A stretch of 64,000 nucleotides of DNA from Candidatus Saliniplasma sp. (GTDB lineage Archaea; Thermoplasmatota; Thermoplasmata; Halarchaeoplasmatales; Halarchaeoplasmataceae): contig JBMCUO010000001.1 of assembly GCA_048622455.1 (NCBI GenBank), positions 2,437 through 66,436 of the forward strand. The letters run 5' to 3'. The notes under the pieces are model-generated. The model ran no database searches. It was given only the letters and a program-made list of their open reading frames with translations, and was not told where the DNA came from. A program made the translations under genes and the position numbers. Shown in pieces: positions 26,964 to 35,416 of this stretch; position 1 is the first letter of the stretch, and each line of letters begins with the position of its first letter.

Positions 26964-29612
26964 TCAGTTATTTTTCCTAAAGTTAAAAGGTCTGAGATCA
27001 GTTTTAGAACCGTTTTTAGATAATATTTTCAAGATATCCTGAGAGGTCACATCTAGGTCCGCAAATACCAATCTGTCGCCGGGCTTTCTATTTTGTAAAA
27101 CAAACTCAATTGCCTCATATTTATCAGATATCGATATAGGTACGTTACCATCGTTATCTAATACTCCCTGAGCCACCAGGTTACATGTTTCCCCATATTC
27201 CCTACCCCTGACAATCTCCTCATTTTCAGTACATATCACTATGTCGAACTTATCTGAGGCCTCTTTACCACACTGTTTTATAAATTCATCACTCCTATCC
27301 CCAGGGATGGTCAATGCGATTATCTTCCTACTGCCTGGCAGATGATCTGAATAATCACCTAATGCTTTGATTCCCTCGATATTATGCGCATAATCCAAAA
27401 CTATCAGAGAATCGTCCAATTCATAAGTATTAGCACGGCCAGGATTCATATCTTCATCCATGGAGAACACCTTCAATCTACGGATGATGTTTTTCATAGA
27501 TACACCAGAAGCATGACTTGCTGCGATTGCTGCCAACGTATTCTCCAACCACATCTTAACACCTCCCATCAGATATGGAATATCCGAGATATTCACTAGT
27601 TTCTTTCCTTCTCCCTCTTCGTATAATACTATACTAGAATCTTCCACGACTATTGTTTTGATACCTTGTTCGATAAATGAAGATATTTTATCATCTTTAT
27701 TCACAGCGAAAATAAATGGTATTCCTCTACATCTTTCAAGCAATCCATCTGCAAATTCGTCGTTCCCGTTGAAAACGCAGTATCCCTCTTTTTGAGTCGT
27801 TTCTAGAAGAAGAGATTTTACATGGAATATACCTTCTAAAGTTTCGATACCATCCATTCCCAAATGGTCCTTCTGAATATTCGTCACTACGCTAACCTTA
27901 GTTTTATCAAATCCAAGGCCACTCCTTAAGATGCCTCCCCTAGCTGTTTCGAGAACAGCGTATTCTACATCAGGATTGTCTAAAACCACTCGAGCACTCC
28001 AAGGCCCAGTGTTATCACCCTCCATTATCCTTTCACCATCAAGATATATGCCGCCTGTAACTGTCATACCAGTTTTGAAACCGACTCCTCTTGCGATCCA
28101 CTCGATGAGACGGACAGTAGTTGTCTTTCCGTTAGTTCCAGTAACTGCTATTAAAGGTATCCTACCATCTTTGTTAGGGTATAAATGATCTATCACATAT
28201 TCTCCAACATCTATGGGCTCACCTATGGCAGGGTCAGTGTGCATCCTGAGTCCAGGACTTGCGTTCACCTCTATTATACCCCATCTCATATCATCTGGGT
28301 GTTTGGTAACGTCTTCAGCGATGATATCTATCCCGACCATATCCATATCAATTACTTTACTAGCCCTCTCGATGATTTTTATCAATTCTGGATTTACACG
28401 ACCTGTATAATTCTCTGAGATCGCTCCTGTACTTAGGTTACCACCCACCCTAAGATAGACTTTTTCTCCTTTGTCGGGTACTGATTCAGGTATGAAACCT
28501 CGAGTTCTCAAGTATCTTTTCTCCTCCTTACCCAATCTGATAATGGTAAGAACGCCTTGATGCCCTTCACTTCTACGGGGATCCTCGTTTTCCTTTTCGA
28601 CCAGTTCCTCGATGGTAGATTCACCATCTCCAGTCACATGAGGGGGGATCCTCTTTGAAACGGCTTTTACTTCATCATCTATAACTAAAAACCTGAAATC
28701 ATCACCTGGGATATGCTCCTCTAAAAGTAATTTATCCGAGTATTGTTTCGAGATATCGTAGGCTTCCTCCAATTCGTCTTCATCGATTATATCCCCTATA
28801 ACACCCTTCCCTTGATGACCATCTACTGGTTTTATTATGACCGGATATCTGAGTGTTTTAGCGGCTTGGATAGCCTCTTCTTTGGAAGTCACCGTTTCAC
28901 CTTCTGGCACTGAAAAACCTGTTTCATGTAGGACCTTTTTAGTCAATAATTTGTCTTGTGCGATATCAGAGGATATCATGGATGTTTTGGAAGTCACCGG
29001 TCCCCAGATCCTCCTTTTTTTTACACCCCAACCCAAGGAGTAAAGGCTGTAGTCCTTATGAATATGTCGGAATGGGATATCATGTCGTTTGGCAGCATCT
29101 AAAATAGCTTTTGTACTCGGTCCCTTCTTACTCAGCATGTATACCTTACGGGCCTTTTTTATGATGCTGTTGACTTTACCTTTAAGACCCTCTTCTCCTT
29201 TTAGTATCAAATTGTATATTTCTACCGCCTTATCGAGAGCATGATCCACGAGTTCTTCATAATTGTATTCTATGATTAAGTTATAAACATTACCAGAGTC
29301 TTTACGACTTTTACCAAAAAATATTTCGTCTCCTGCCATATTTTGGATTGCTATAGCGATGTGTTCGATAACGTGTGTTGGATATGTTCCCTCATCGAGT
29401 CTCTCTAAAAATCCACCTTTGTAACCTGGAGAACAAGTATGATTTTTAATCTCCGGAAAGAAATTTACCAAGAGTTCTTTTATACGCTCATCAGACGGAA
29501 CATCTGTCATATCTCCTAGATCTAAGGTTACATCTAATACGGGAAAAAGAGCATGGATATTTGGCCCTTTAAGATAATTCTTCTTTATGATCCGTATCTC
29601 TTCATTGGACAT
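26964..29612 (-). CDS. cphA: Cyanophycin synthetase
   Basis: 882 aa. Central ATP-grasp domain. C-terminal Mur-ligase module with IPLIAVTGTNGKTTTVRLI P-loop and VLETARGGILRSGLGFD...NIQKDHLG. This architecture is diagnostic for CphA. Confidence 0.85.
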   Translation of the reverse strand: MSNEEIRIIKKNYLKGPNIHALFPVLDVTLDLGDMTDVPSDERIKELLVNFFPEIKNHTCSPGYKGGFLERLDEGTYPTHVIEHIAIAIQNMAGDEIFFGKSRKDSGNVYNLIIEYNYEELVDHALDKAVEIYNLILKGEEGLKGKVNSIIKKARKVYMLSKKGPSTKAILDAAKRHDIPFRHIHKDYSLYSLGWGVKKRRIWGPVTSKTSMISSDIAQDKLLTKKVLHETGFSVPEGETVTSKEEAIQAAKTLRYPVIIKPVDGHQGKGVIGDIIDEDELEEAYDISKQYSDKLLLEEHIPGDDFRFLVIDDEVKAVSKRIPPHVTGDGESTIEELVEKENEDPRRSEGHQGVLTIIRLGKEEKRYLRTRGFIPESVPDKGEKVYLRVGGNLSTGAISENYTGRVNPELIKIIERASKVIDMDMVGIDIIAEDVTKHPDDMRWGIIEVNASPGLRMHTDPAIGEPIDVGEYVIDHLYPNKDGRIPLIAVTGTNGKTTTVRLIEWIARGVGFKTGMTVTGGIYLDGERIMEGDNTGPWSARVVLDNPDVEYAVLETARGGILRSGLGFDKTKVSVVTNIQKDHLGMDGIETLEGIFHVKSLLLETTQKEGYCVFNGNDEFADGLLERCRGIPFIFAVNKDDKISSFIEQGIKTIVVEDSSIVLYEEGEGKKLVNISDIPYLMGGVKMWLENTLAAIAASHASGVSMKNIIRRLKVFSMDEDMNPGRANTYELDDSLIVLDYAHNIEGIKALGDYSDHLPGSRKIIALTIPGDRSDEFIKQCGKEASDKFDIVICTENEEIVRGREYGETCNLVAQGVLDNDGNVPISISDKYEAIEFVLQNRKPGDRLVFADLDVTSQDILKILSKNGSKTDLRPFNFRKNN

Positions 29613-29641
29613 ATAAACCTCACCTTAGTTAGTTAAAATTA

Positions 29642-29890
29642 TTAATCAGAGTCCAACAGCATTTTTTTTTCTACAAACGTATGTAGTTTTTGCTCATATA
29701 AGGGGCCATCGATATCAATCTCGAATTCTGTACGACAGAGTTTCATCATCCCTCTTACAAATTGATCTTCTAAATCTGGTGGAATACGTCTTCCGTGAAA
29801 GCCCATTTTATTTTTTTGAATCCGGTAAATGACTGGAATAACATACCCTAGTTTATCATTAAGTATACACTCTATATCTGACTCCACCAT
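29642..29890 (-). CDS. Hypothetical small protein
   Basis: ORF only. Confidence 0.25.
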   Translation of the reverse strand: MVESDIECILNDKLGYVIPVIYRIQKNKMGFHGRRIPPDLEDQFVRGMMKLCRTEFEIDIDGPLYEQKLHTFVEKKMLLDSD

Positions 29891-30020
29891 ATCACCATAC
29901 GGAAGGTATAATAGGTTATCAAGTTATTTTAACTTTTTTAATTATAGACCAATAAATATTAATCCTGTTATTTTTAGTAGCTTGATAAATTTAATAAACT
30001 ACCTCCTATGATATAGGTCC

Positions 30021-30476
30021 ATGAAGAAGCTAGTGGTTTATATCTTGATCATCCTCCTGGTGGCGGTAGCTTTCGTGGGCTGTAATACCGAAACACCAAG
30101 ACCACCTGCTTACGATATACCTAAATTTGTCATGGATTATCCAGCCCAGGAAGAAGGACCAAATGAAACTGCCATTTTTATCCACGGTGTTGAGGATGTT
30201 ATTTACGATAGACTGATTTTACAAGTCGATAATGAAACCATTTTTAACAAAACCCGAGCTTTTTCTATCGAATATAAAACCAACCGCACTGATTTTCATA
30301 TCAATACTTATGTGTACAGAGACGAAGATATATACAATTTTAACGCTACCATTGAAACTTTCCATAATGAAGAGGTTGCATATCGTTTTAGATTAACACA
30401 TATTGATGGGAGCGAAGAAAATATAAAGCCTGAAAATCTACCCTTCGTAAGGAGAATGAACATCATGGAGGATTAA
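30021..30476 (+). CDS. Predicted secreted/lipoprotein (signal peptide with VGC lipobox-like site)
   Basis: MKKLVVYILIILLVAVAFVGCNTE. Confidence 0.4.
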   Translation: MKKLVVYILIILLVAVAFVGCNTETPRPPAYDIPKFVMDYPAQEEGPNETAIFIHGVEDVIYDRLILQVDNETIFNKTRAFSIEYKTNRTDFHINTYVYRDEDIYNFNATIETFHNEEVAYRFRLTHIDGSEENIKPENLPFVRRMNIMED

Positions 30477-30479
30477 ACT

Positions 30480-30788
30480 ATGAGAAAAATACCCGTATCA
30501 TTGATACTTCTAGGTTCTCTAATTGTTGGAGTGGGGCTAGTAGCGGTAGCCACGATGACAGGAGTTCTACCCATGAGAAACATATTAACAGGTTTCTATA
30601 CCTTTGTCTTCGGATTGGTCGTTATCTCCATATTGGCTATAATCGGTGCGGTGTTTTTCGGGATGTACATATCCCATAGGATATTCTCTACCCGCCAATT
30701 CACTACTTTTGAAGAAGAGATGCTCAAGATGAAAGATGATGTACAGGAGATCAAGAAAAAATTGGAAGAAAAAGACAAGAAAAACTAA
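30480..30788 (+). CDS. Small membrane protein (2 TM) with charged C-terminal helix
   Basis: Hydrophobic segments; 3-nt gap to the preceding gene. Confidence 0.35.
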   Translation: MRKIPVSLILLGSLIVGVGLVAVATMTGVLPMRNILTGFYTFVFGLVVISILAIIGAVFFGMYISHRIFSTRQFTTFEEEMLKMKDDVQEIKKKLEEKDKKN

Positions 30789-31777
30789 ACCAAAGATTCC
30801 GGACATATCTCCCGTCGGGAACAATTTCTGCATTTTCCTTTTCTATTATGGTTCCTGTGAACGTCCTCTGTTTGAAATATCTCCCTCATCTCTTCGAGCT
30901 TTTCTATTAACAGATCTTTCAACGAGTCGTCATATTCAACCTCGAACTCTTTTTCACCATACTTAACGATACCATATGGTGGTGCCTTACCAGTATCTTC
31001 TTCCATCAGTAAACAGTAAGCAGCGACCTGAAGTATATGTGAGAAAAAGGGTCCTTTGGGAACTCGGCCTGTTTTAATCTCCACTGGGATCCTTGTTTCG
31101 TTCTCCTTTACAACATAATCTGGTCTACCTCTTAATCGGTATTTATCAGAGGCGAACATCTTACTACTTTCTTCGTATAGATCAACGTAATCTACCTCTG
31201 CATCGGGCATGTGTAACTTTTCTTTTTTAGTTTTAACTTCTCTACCCAATGAAAGTGACCTTTTAAGCCAGTAGCTGGCCCCTATCAACCAGATCAAAGA
31301 GATAACTTGAGTTATCCTAGCTAGATAATCGTCCAATATAGGGAGTGTTATACTCATTATCCCTAAACCGGTAGCAACCATGGCAAAAACAAGTATCACA
31401 CGTTCAGACTTGAATTCATCCTCCTTGATAACACCCTTCTCACTCATAAAGAGTAAAAAAGTAGCCGCTAAAAGCCATATCAAAGCGTTCACTTGGAATA
31501 TCTGACTGAATATTTTTTCTGGTCTGATCAAAGTCAATCCAGCTATAGATAGAAAAGTTGCTGAAACAGCTAACCACAAGATGAGGTTTTCAATCCTCTT
31601 TGTAGCCTCCTCTTTTTCTTTGACCTCATCTATCTCTCCAGTTATTTTTTTATGTTCTTCCCTGCCCTCTTTTAGACTTTCGTTTATAACTTCCTTCTCA
31701 GACTCGTTCAACCACCAACTAAGAGGACAGTATCCATATTTTTCAACATCACTGGCCGATATCCAAGGTTCTCCCAT
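30785..31777 (-). CDS. Cas4-like PD-(D/E)XK nuclease with Fe-S cysteine tetrad and an inserted 4-helix membrane domain
   Basis: N-terminal ISASDVEKYGYCPLSWWL (first Cys). Core RGRPDYV...VEIKTG (D...ExK). QVAAYCLLMEE (QxxxY). C-terminal CRNCSRREICPE (CxxCx5C). Residues approx 65-180 form four hydrophobic helices. Confidence 0.6.
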   Translation of the reverse strand: MGEPWISASDVEKYGYCPLSWWLNESEKEVINESLKEGREEHKKITGEIDEVKEKEEATKRIENLILWLAVSATFLSIAGLTLIRPEKIFSQIFQVNALIWLLAATFLLFMSEKGVIKEDEFKSERVILVFAMVATGLGIMSITLPILDDYLARITQVISLIWLIGASYWLKRSLSLGREVKTKKEKLHMPDAEVDYVDLYEESSKMFASDKYRLRGRPDYVVKENETRIPVEIKTGRVPKGPFFSHILQVAAYCLLMEEDTGKAPPYGIVKYGEKEFEVEYDDSLKDLLIEKLEEMREIFQTEDVHRNHNRKGKCRNCSRREICPESLV

Positions 31778-31823
31778 GACATTTTTATATCTGATAGATT
31801 AAGTTAAATAGTTTTTGGTTATT

Positions 31824-32807
31824 TTAGAACATTTTTTGTATGTTTGAAGGTGAAAATACTCCTTTTTCGGTGATAAAACCAGTTATGTATTTTGATGGAG
31901 TAACGTCGAAGGCGGGGTTGCGTGCTGTTGAACCTTTTGGAATGATCTTGTTATCGTTTATATGGGAAACCTCTTCTTGATTTCTTTCCTCTATAGGTAT
32001 ATACCTTCCGTGTTGGATATCTTTATCGAAGGTGGTAACAGGAGCTGCAACATAGAATGGTATATCGTTCTCTTTAGCTACAACCGCTTTCTCATAGGTA
32101 CCTATCTTATTGGCGATATCTCCGTTAGCGACTATCCTATCTGTTCCTACGATAACCATATCGATATCACCTCTCTGCATGTAATGTCCGGCTGCATTGT
32201 CTACGATGACCGCATGTGAAATATCTTCGTTGTACAATTCCCATGCTGTGAGTCTAGCTCCCTGTAACCTTGGCCGGGTTTCATCAGCGTAAACAAAGAT
32301 ATCTTTTTCCTTAGCTGCTCTTATGGGCGCCAAAGCGGTACCGTAATCCACCGTAGCTAGGGCACCAGCGTTGCAGTGTGTTAGTATATTGTCTCCCCGG
32401 TTGATCAGCTCATTTCCATGCTGTCCTATAGACCTACATTTATCTACAACCGAGTCGACATATTTTTCTGCAGTTTTTATAGGGTCGTTCCCTGGATGTT
32501 TTAACATATAATCCACAGCGTAGAACAGGTCATAAGCCGTAGGTCTCGCTGACTTGATGATTTCAGCCGCTGATTCGGTTTGACCTTTTTCCAAAGCCTG
32601 CGCCATCCCGTAGGCCGCCGTAGCTCCTATCGCAGGTGCGCCGCGAACCATCATCTCCTTGATGGACCTTTTTATATCTTTGTGATCCTCAGCTTCGAAA
32701 TACCTCAACTCATGGGGCAGATATCTCTGATCTATCATCTTGACTAAGTTTCCATCCATCCAAACAGCCCTCATATCTTCGATCCCATCTTTTGTTTTAA
32801 CTTTCAT
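31824..32807 (-). CDS. mtnA: S-methyl-5-thioribose-1-phosphate isomerase (MtnA) / eIF-2B-family sugar-phosphate isomerase
   Basis: AVWMDGNLVKMIDQRYLP N-terminus and MMVRGAPAIGATAAYG motif. Confidence 0.7.
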   Translation of the reverse strand: MKVKTKDGIEDMRAVWMDGNLVKMIDQRYLPHELRYFEAEDHKDIKRSIKEMMVRGAPAIGATAAYGMAQALEKGQTESAAEIIKSARPTAYDLFYAVDYMLKHPGNDPIKTAEKYVDSVVDKCRSIGQHGNELINRGDNILTHCNAGALATVDYGTALAPIRAAKEKDIFVYADETRPRLQGARLTAWELYNEDISHAVIVDNAAGHYMQRGDIDMVIVGTDRIVANGDIANKIGTYEKAVVAKENDIPFYVAAPVTTFDKDIQHGRYIPIEERNQEEVSHINDNKIIPKGSTARNPAFDVTPSKYITGFITEKGVFSPSNIQKMF

Positions 32808-33559
32808 ATCTTCACCTCTTCGTAGGCTTCTAAAAGTTTAGGAACAGTTTTCATGTCTTGGAGTTCTTTTTCTTTTACCCATCTATACTCTATATTCTCC
32901 CAGTTAAGAACGGGATCGTTTTTAGTTTTGAATAGATAAGGGTGTACTTCCCATATCTTGTTCTCTCCTCTGGCAAGAACAACGTCCCCCTTTCTTATAA
33001 ATTCCACATCCATCCTGGTCTCCTCTCTGATCTCATTGACAGCCTGTTCTAACGGGTCTTTACTTTCCAGATATCCCGAGATCCCTGACCACCTTCCCTG
33101 AAAACTGCCTACCTGGTCTCCTCTCTTAACGACTAAAATTTTTCCTTCCCTAACGATGAAACTGGTCACCACGGGAGTGGATGTGATGTCGGGAAGTTCT
33201 AATTCCCCTGTTTTTCCGTTCAAGATGACCCTATCTTCGTTTTTTAGTAGTCCGATATCTATCTTGTCTATTAAAGGTATATCCGAGATGATAGCACCCG
33301 CCGCTACGATAGTTTCGGTCTCCTCATTCACTATAGCTCTAGGTGCACATCCATTCTTTTTTAGCTGATATATAACGTATGAACCAACCGTACTTCCTTT
33401 TCCCCTTGGAAATACGAATATAGAATCTGAGATATTGAATTTTTGAAATACAGTGCCAGAATCTGGATCCACGTCGCCCAGGAAAGACACCGGTTCTCGA
33501 ACTTTTACCACGTTTCCTTCTGCAGTTCCAGGTGACACTCCCCTTCCTTTCATGATCAA
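32804..33559 (-). CDS. Fusion protein: AcnX small (swivel, DUF126) subunit of phosphomevalonate dehydratase + C-terminal NUDIX hydrolase domain
   Basis: Residues 1-130 GRGVSPGTAEGNVVKV...FVFPRGKGSTVGSYVIYQL...GCAPRAIV match the AcnX small subunit. Residues approx 140-251 contain a Nudix box GYLESKDPLEQAVNEIREETRMD. Overlaps the upstream large subunit gene by 4 nt. Confidence 0.6.
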   Translation of the reverse strand: MIMKGRGVSPGTAEGNVVKVREPVSFLGDVDPDSGTVFQKFNISDSIFVFPRGKGSTVGSYVIYQLKKNGCAPRAIVNEETETIVAAGAIISDIPLIDKIDIGLLKNEDRVILNGKTGELELPDITSTPVVTSFIVREGKILVVKRGDQVGSFQGRWSGISGYLESKDPLEQAVNEIREETRMDVEFIRKGDVVLARGENKIWEVHPYLFKTKNDPVLNWENIEYRWVKEKELQDMKTVPKLLEAYEEVKI

Positions 33560-34713
33560 GATATCATCTCCATCAGCGTATCTAAATCGGCGTATATGAC
33601 TTTCTGATGAGCGAGTTTAGGTAGGTAAGCAGCGGCTTTACCCGAGTTGGTGGCAGCGGTACCGTACCGGTTCTCTAAGGGGCTGACCACCATGCAGGTA
33701 TCAGTGATGACTTTACCTCCTTTATCCTGTATGACCTCGACTGCTCTTGGATTATCTTCTTTTACCCTCCTGCTGGTGTATATGAATAATTCTGGCCTAT
33801 GTTTTATACATTTATTCTTTAGTAACGTTGCGATGTGGTTCAATTCTTTTGAAGAGAGATGAGGACATCCTAAAACTATAACGTCTGGATCGTTCTCTTC
33901 GGTAAGCTGTAGTCTTATCTCTTCTATGTCTTCTTTTGTAACAGTGAAGGTTTCTAGATCTCCGACTGCGAAATCATCATATTCGGGAGTGATACCTTCT
34001 ACGTGATAAAGTGCCACCGCCCCGGTAGCAGCCATTGCGGCACCTAGTGATTTAAGTTCGTCCTCATCAGGTGAAATACCTCTAAAATACGGGATTTCAT
34101 TGCCAACCTCGTTTCCTACCAGGTATCCCAGTAAAGCAGCAGGTACGTCATCCCCTATATCATAAACCACATCCGGTGACCTGTTCTCTTTGATGTGTAG
34201 ACCATAGTAAGGCGTTTTACCGATGACAGCTGCCATGAGTGCTGATGGACCGCCTTCTCTGTTGGTCCGGGCACCCAGTACCGAGTTGGCAAAAGATACA
34301 GCTGAACTTTCACTCCAGGCCAGATGTGTATCCTTTCCTGGTCTGTTTCCCGCAAGGTACGGTGTACACGTACATGACGGTTCAATACCCATACTCCTAT
34401 AGGCCTCGATCAACTTCAGCTGCTGTTTTCTGAAGTTCTTACTTTCAATACCCTTCTCATCCAGATCCATTCCAGCGGGGTTCATCAGTGTTCGAACTTT
34501 AACTTCTGCGATATTAGAAAAATCTTCTACAAATTCTAACCCTGCATCTCCCATCGTTTTGTAAGAAACCCCTGCAACCTGTGCAGACTCGATAGGTATG
34601 AGCTTTTCAGCGTCGTATATCTTACCTATCGCTACGAGTAACTTCATCGCTTTTTCAGGCCCAGGTCCTTGTTCACCTTCTAAGATACCTTCTTCTTCCT
34701 TTGTCAGATACAA
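33556..34713 (-). CDS. AcnX-type large subunit (DUF521), predicted phosphomevalonate dehydratase large subunit of the archaeal mevalonate pathway
   Basis: MYLTKEEEGILEGEQGPGPEKAMKLLVAIGKIYDAEKLIPIESAQVAGVSYKTMGDAGLEF N-terminus typical of AcnX catalytic subunits; 385 aa. Confidence 0.7.
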   Translation of the reverse strand: MYLTKEEEGILEGEQGPGPEKAMKLLVAIGKIYDAEKLIPIESAQVAGVSYKTMGDAGLEFVEDFSNIAEVKVRTLMNPAGMDLDEKGIESKNFRKQQLKLIEAYRSMGIEPSCTCTPYLAGNRPGKDTHLAWSESSAVSFANSVLGARTNREGGPSALMAAVIGKTPYYGLHIKENRSPDVVYDIGDDVPAALLGYLVGNEVGNEIPYFRGISPDEDELKSLGAAMAATGAVALYHVEGITPEYDDFAVGDLETFTVTKEDIEEIRLQLTEENDPDVIVLGCPHLSSKELNHIATLLKNKCIKHRPELFIYTSRRVKEDNPRAVEVIQDKGGKVITDTCMVVSPLENRYGTAATNSGKAAAYLPKLAHQKVIYADLDTLMEMIS

Positions 34714-34751
34714 ATTATCATGCGGAATAATGTAGTGAAGTTGATTATACT

Positions 34752-34979
34752 TTACGGTGTTTTTTTCAACTTGAAGATCCTAGTTACAACCAGGTAAATA
34801 ACAAGGGCTAATGCGGCTCCGTACATCCAATAAAAAAAGTATCCGATCATGGTTCCTACTAACCACATCATGTACACTTTATTATCGAAACCCTGTTTTT
34901 TGATATCCCACTTCACGAAGAGTAAAGCAAGGAACAATACAGCCATATCGACGAGCAGGGCAGTAACACCTTCAAGCAT
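34752..34979 (-). CDS. Small 2-TM membrane protein
   Basis: 75 aa, hydrophobic; overlaps the marR-like gene by 8 nt. Confidence 0.3.
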   Translation of the reverse strand: MLEGVTALLVDMAVLFLALLFVKWDIKKQGFDNKVYMMWLVGTMIGYFFYWMYGAALALVIYLVVTRIFKLKKTP

Positions 34980-35406
34980 CTAAATTCTCCAGTATCCTTT
35001 CGAGATATTTCCTTAATCTCCTTTTTTCATCTTCATCGAATCCTTCCAACATCTTGTCCTCAGCTTTTTCATCGAGTTCCTTCATCAACTCTTCGACCTC
35101 GTTCTTTTTATCTGTTAAATATATCCTCTTAGCACGTCCGTCCCTCTTATCCTTCTCTCTCTTTAAATAACCCTTCTTGACCAAACTTTGAATGATCTTG
35201 GATGTCGTGGATTTTGAAACGTAAAGCATCCCACATATCTCTTTTTGAGTGATCCCATCTCCCTTTTTGATCAATTTGAATAGTAATGGAAACTCACCCC
35301 GGTTAAAATCGTAAGGGTCCAGCTCCTGCTTTATGAACTTGATCAGCCTTTTGTGAACTACCTGATGTAAATTATGTATCGAGTCTTCATCTGAATATTC
35401 TACCAT
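34972..35406 (-). CDS. MarR-family winged-helix transcriptional regulator
   Basis: ITQKEICGMLYVSKSTTSKIIQSLVKKGYLKREKD HTH-wing; upstream of and co-directional with the MATE gene. Confidence 0.65.
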   Translation of the reverse strand: MVEYSDEDSIHNLHQVVHKRLIKFIKQELDPYDFNRGEFPLLFKLIKKGDGITQKEICGMLYVSKSTTSKIIQSLVKKGYLKREKDKRDGRAKRIYLTDKKNEVEELMKELDEKAEDKMLEGFDEDEKRRLRKYLERILENLDA

Positions 35407-35416
35407 ATATTCTCAC

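Noticed and set aside
29780-29830. Possible att-like partial copy of the tRNA-Val 3' end (gcccatttt ... gaatccgg)
   Set aside because: The elements are in the wrong order and orientation relative to the tRNA 3' end and lie inside an ORF; probably coincidental.
30785-31777. CRISPR array or additional cas genes near the Cas4-like gene
   Set aside because: I looked for short direct repeats with regular spacers in all intergenic regions of the window and saw none; the Cas4-like gene is treated as stand-alone.
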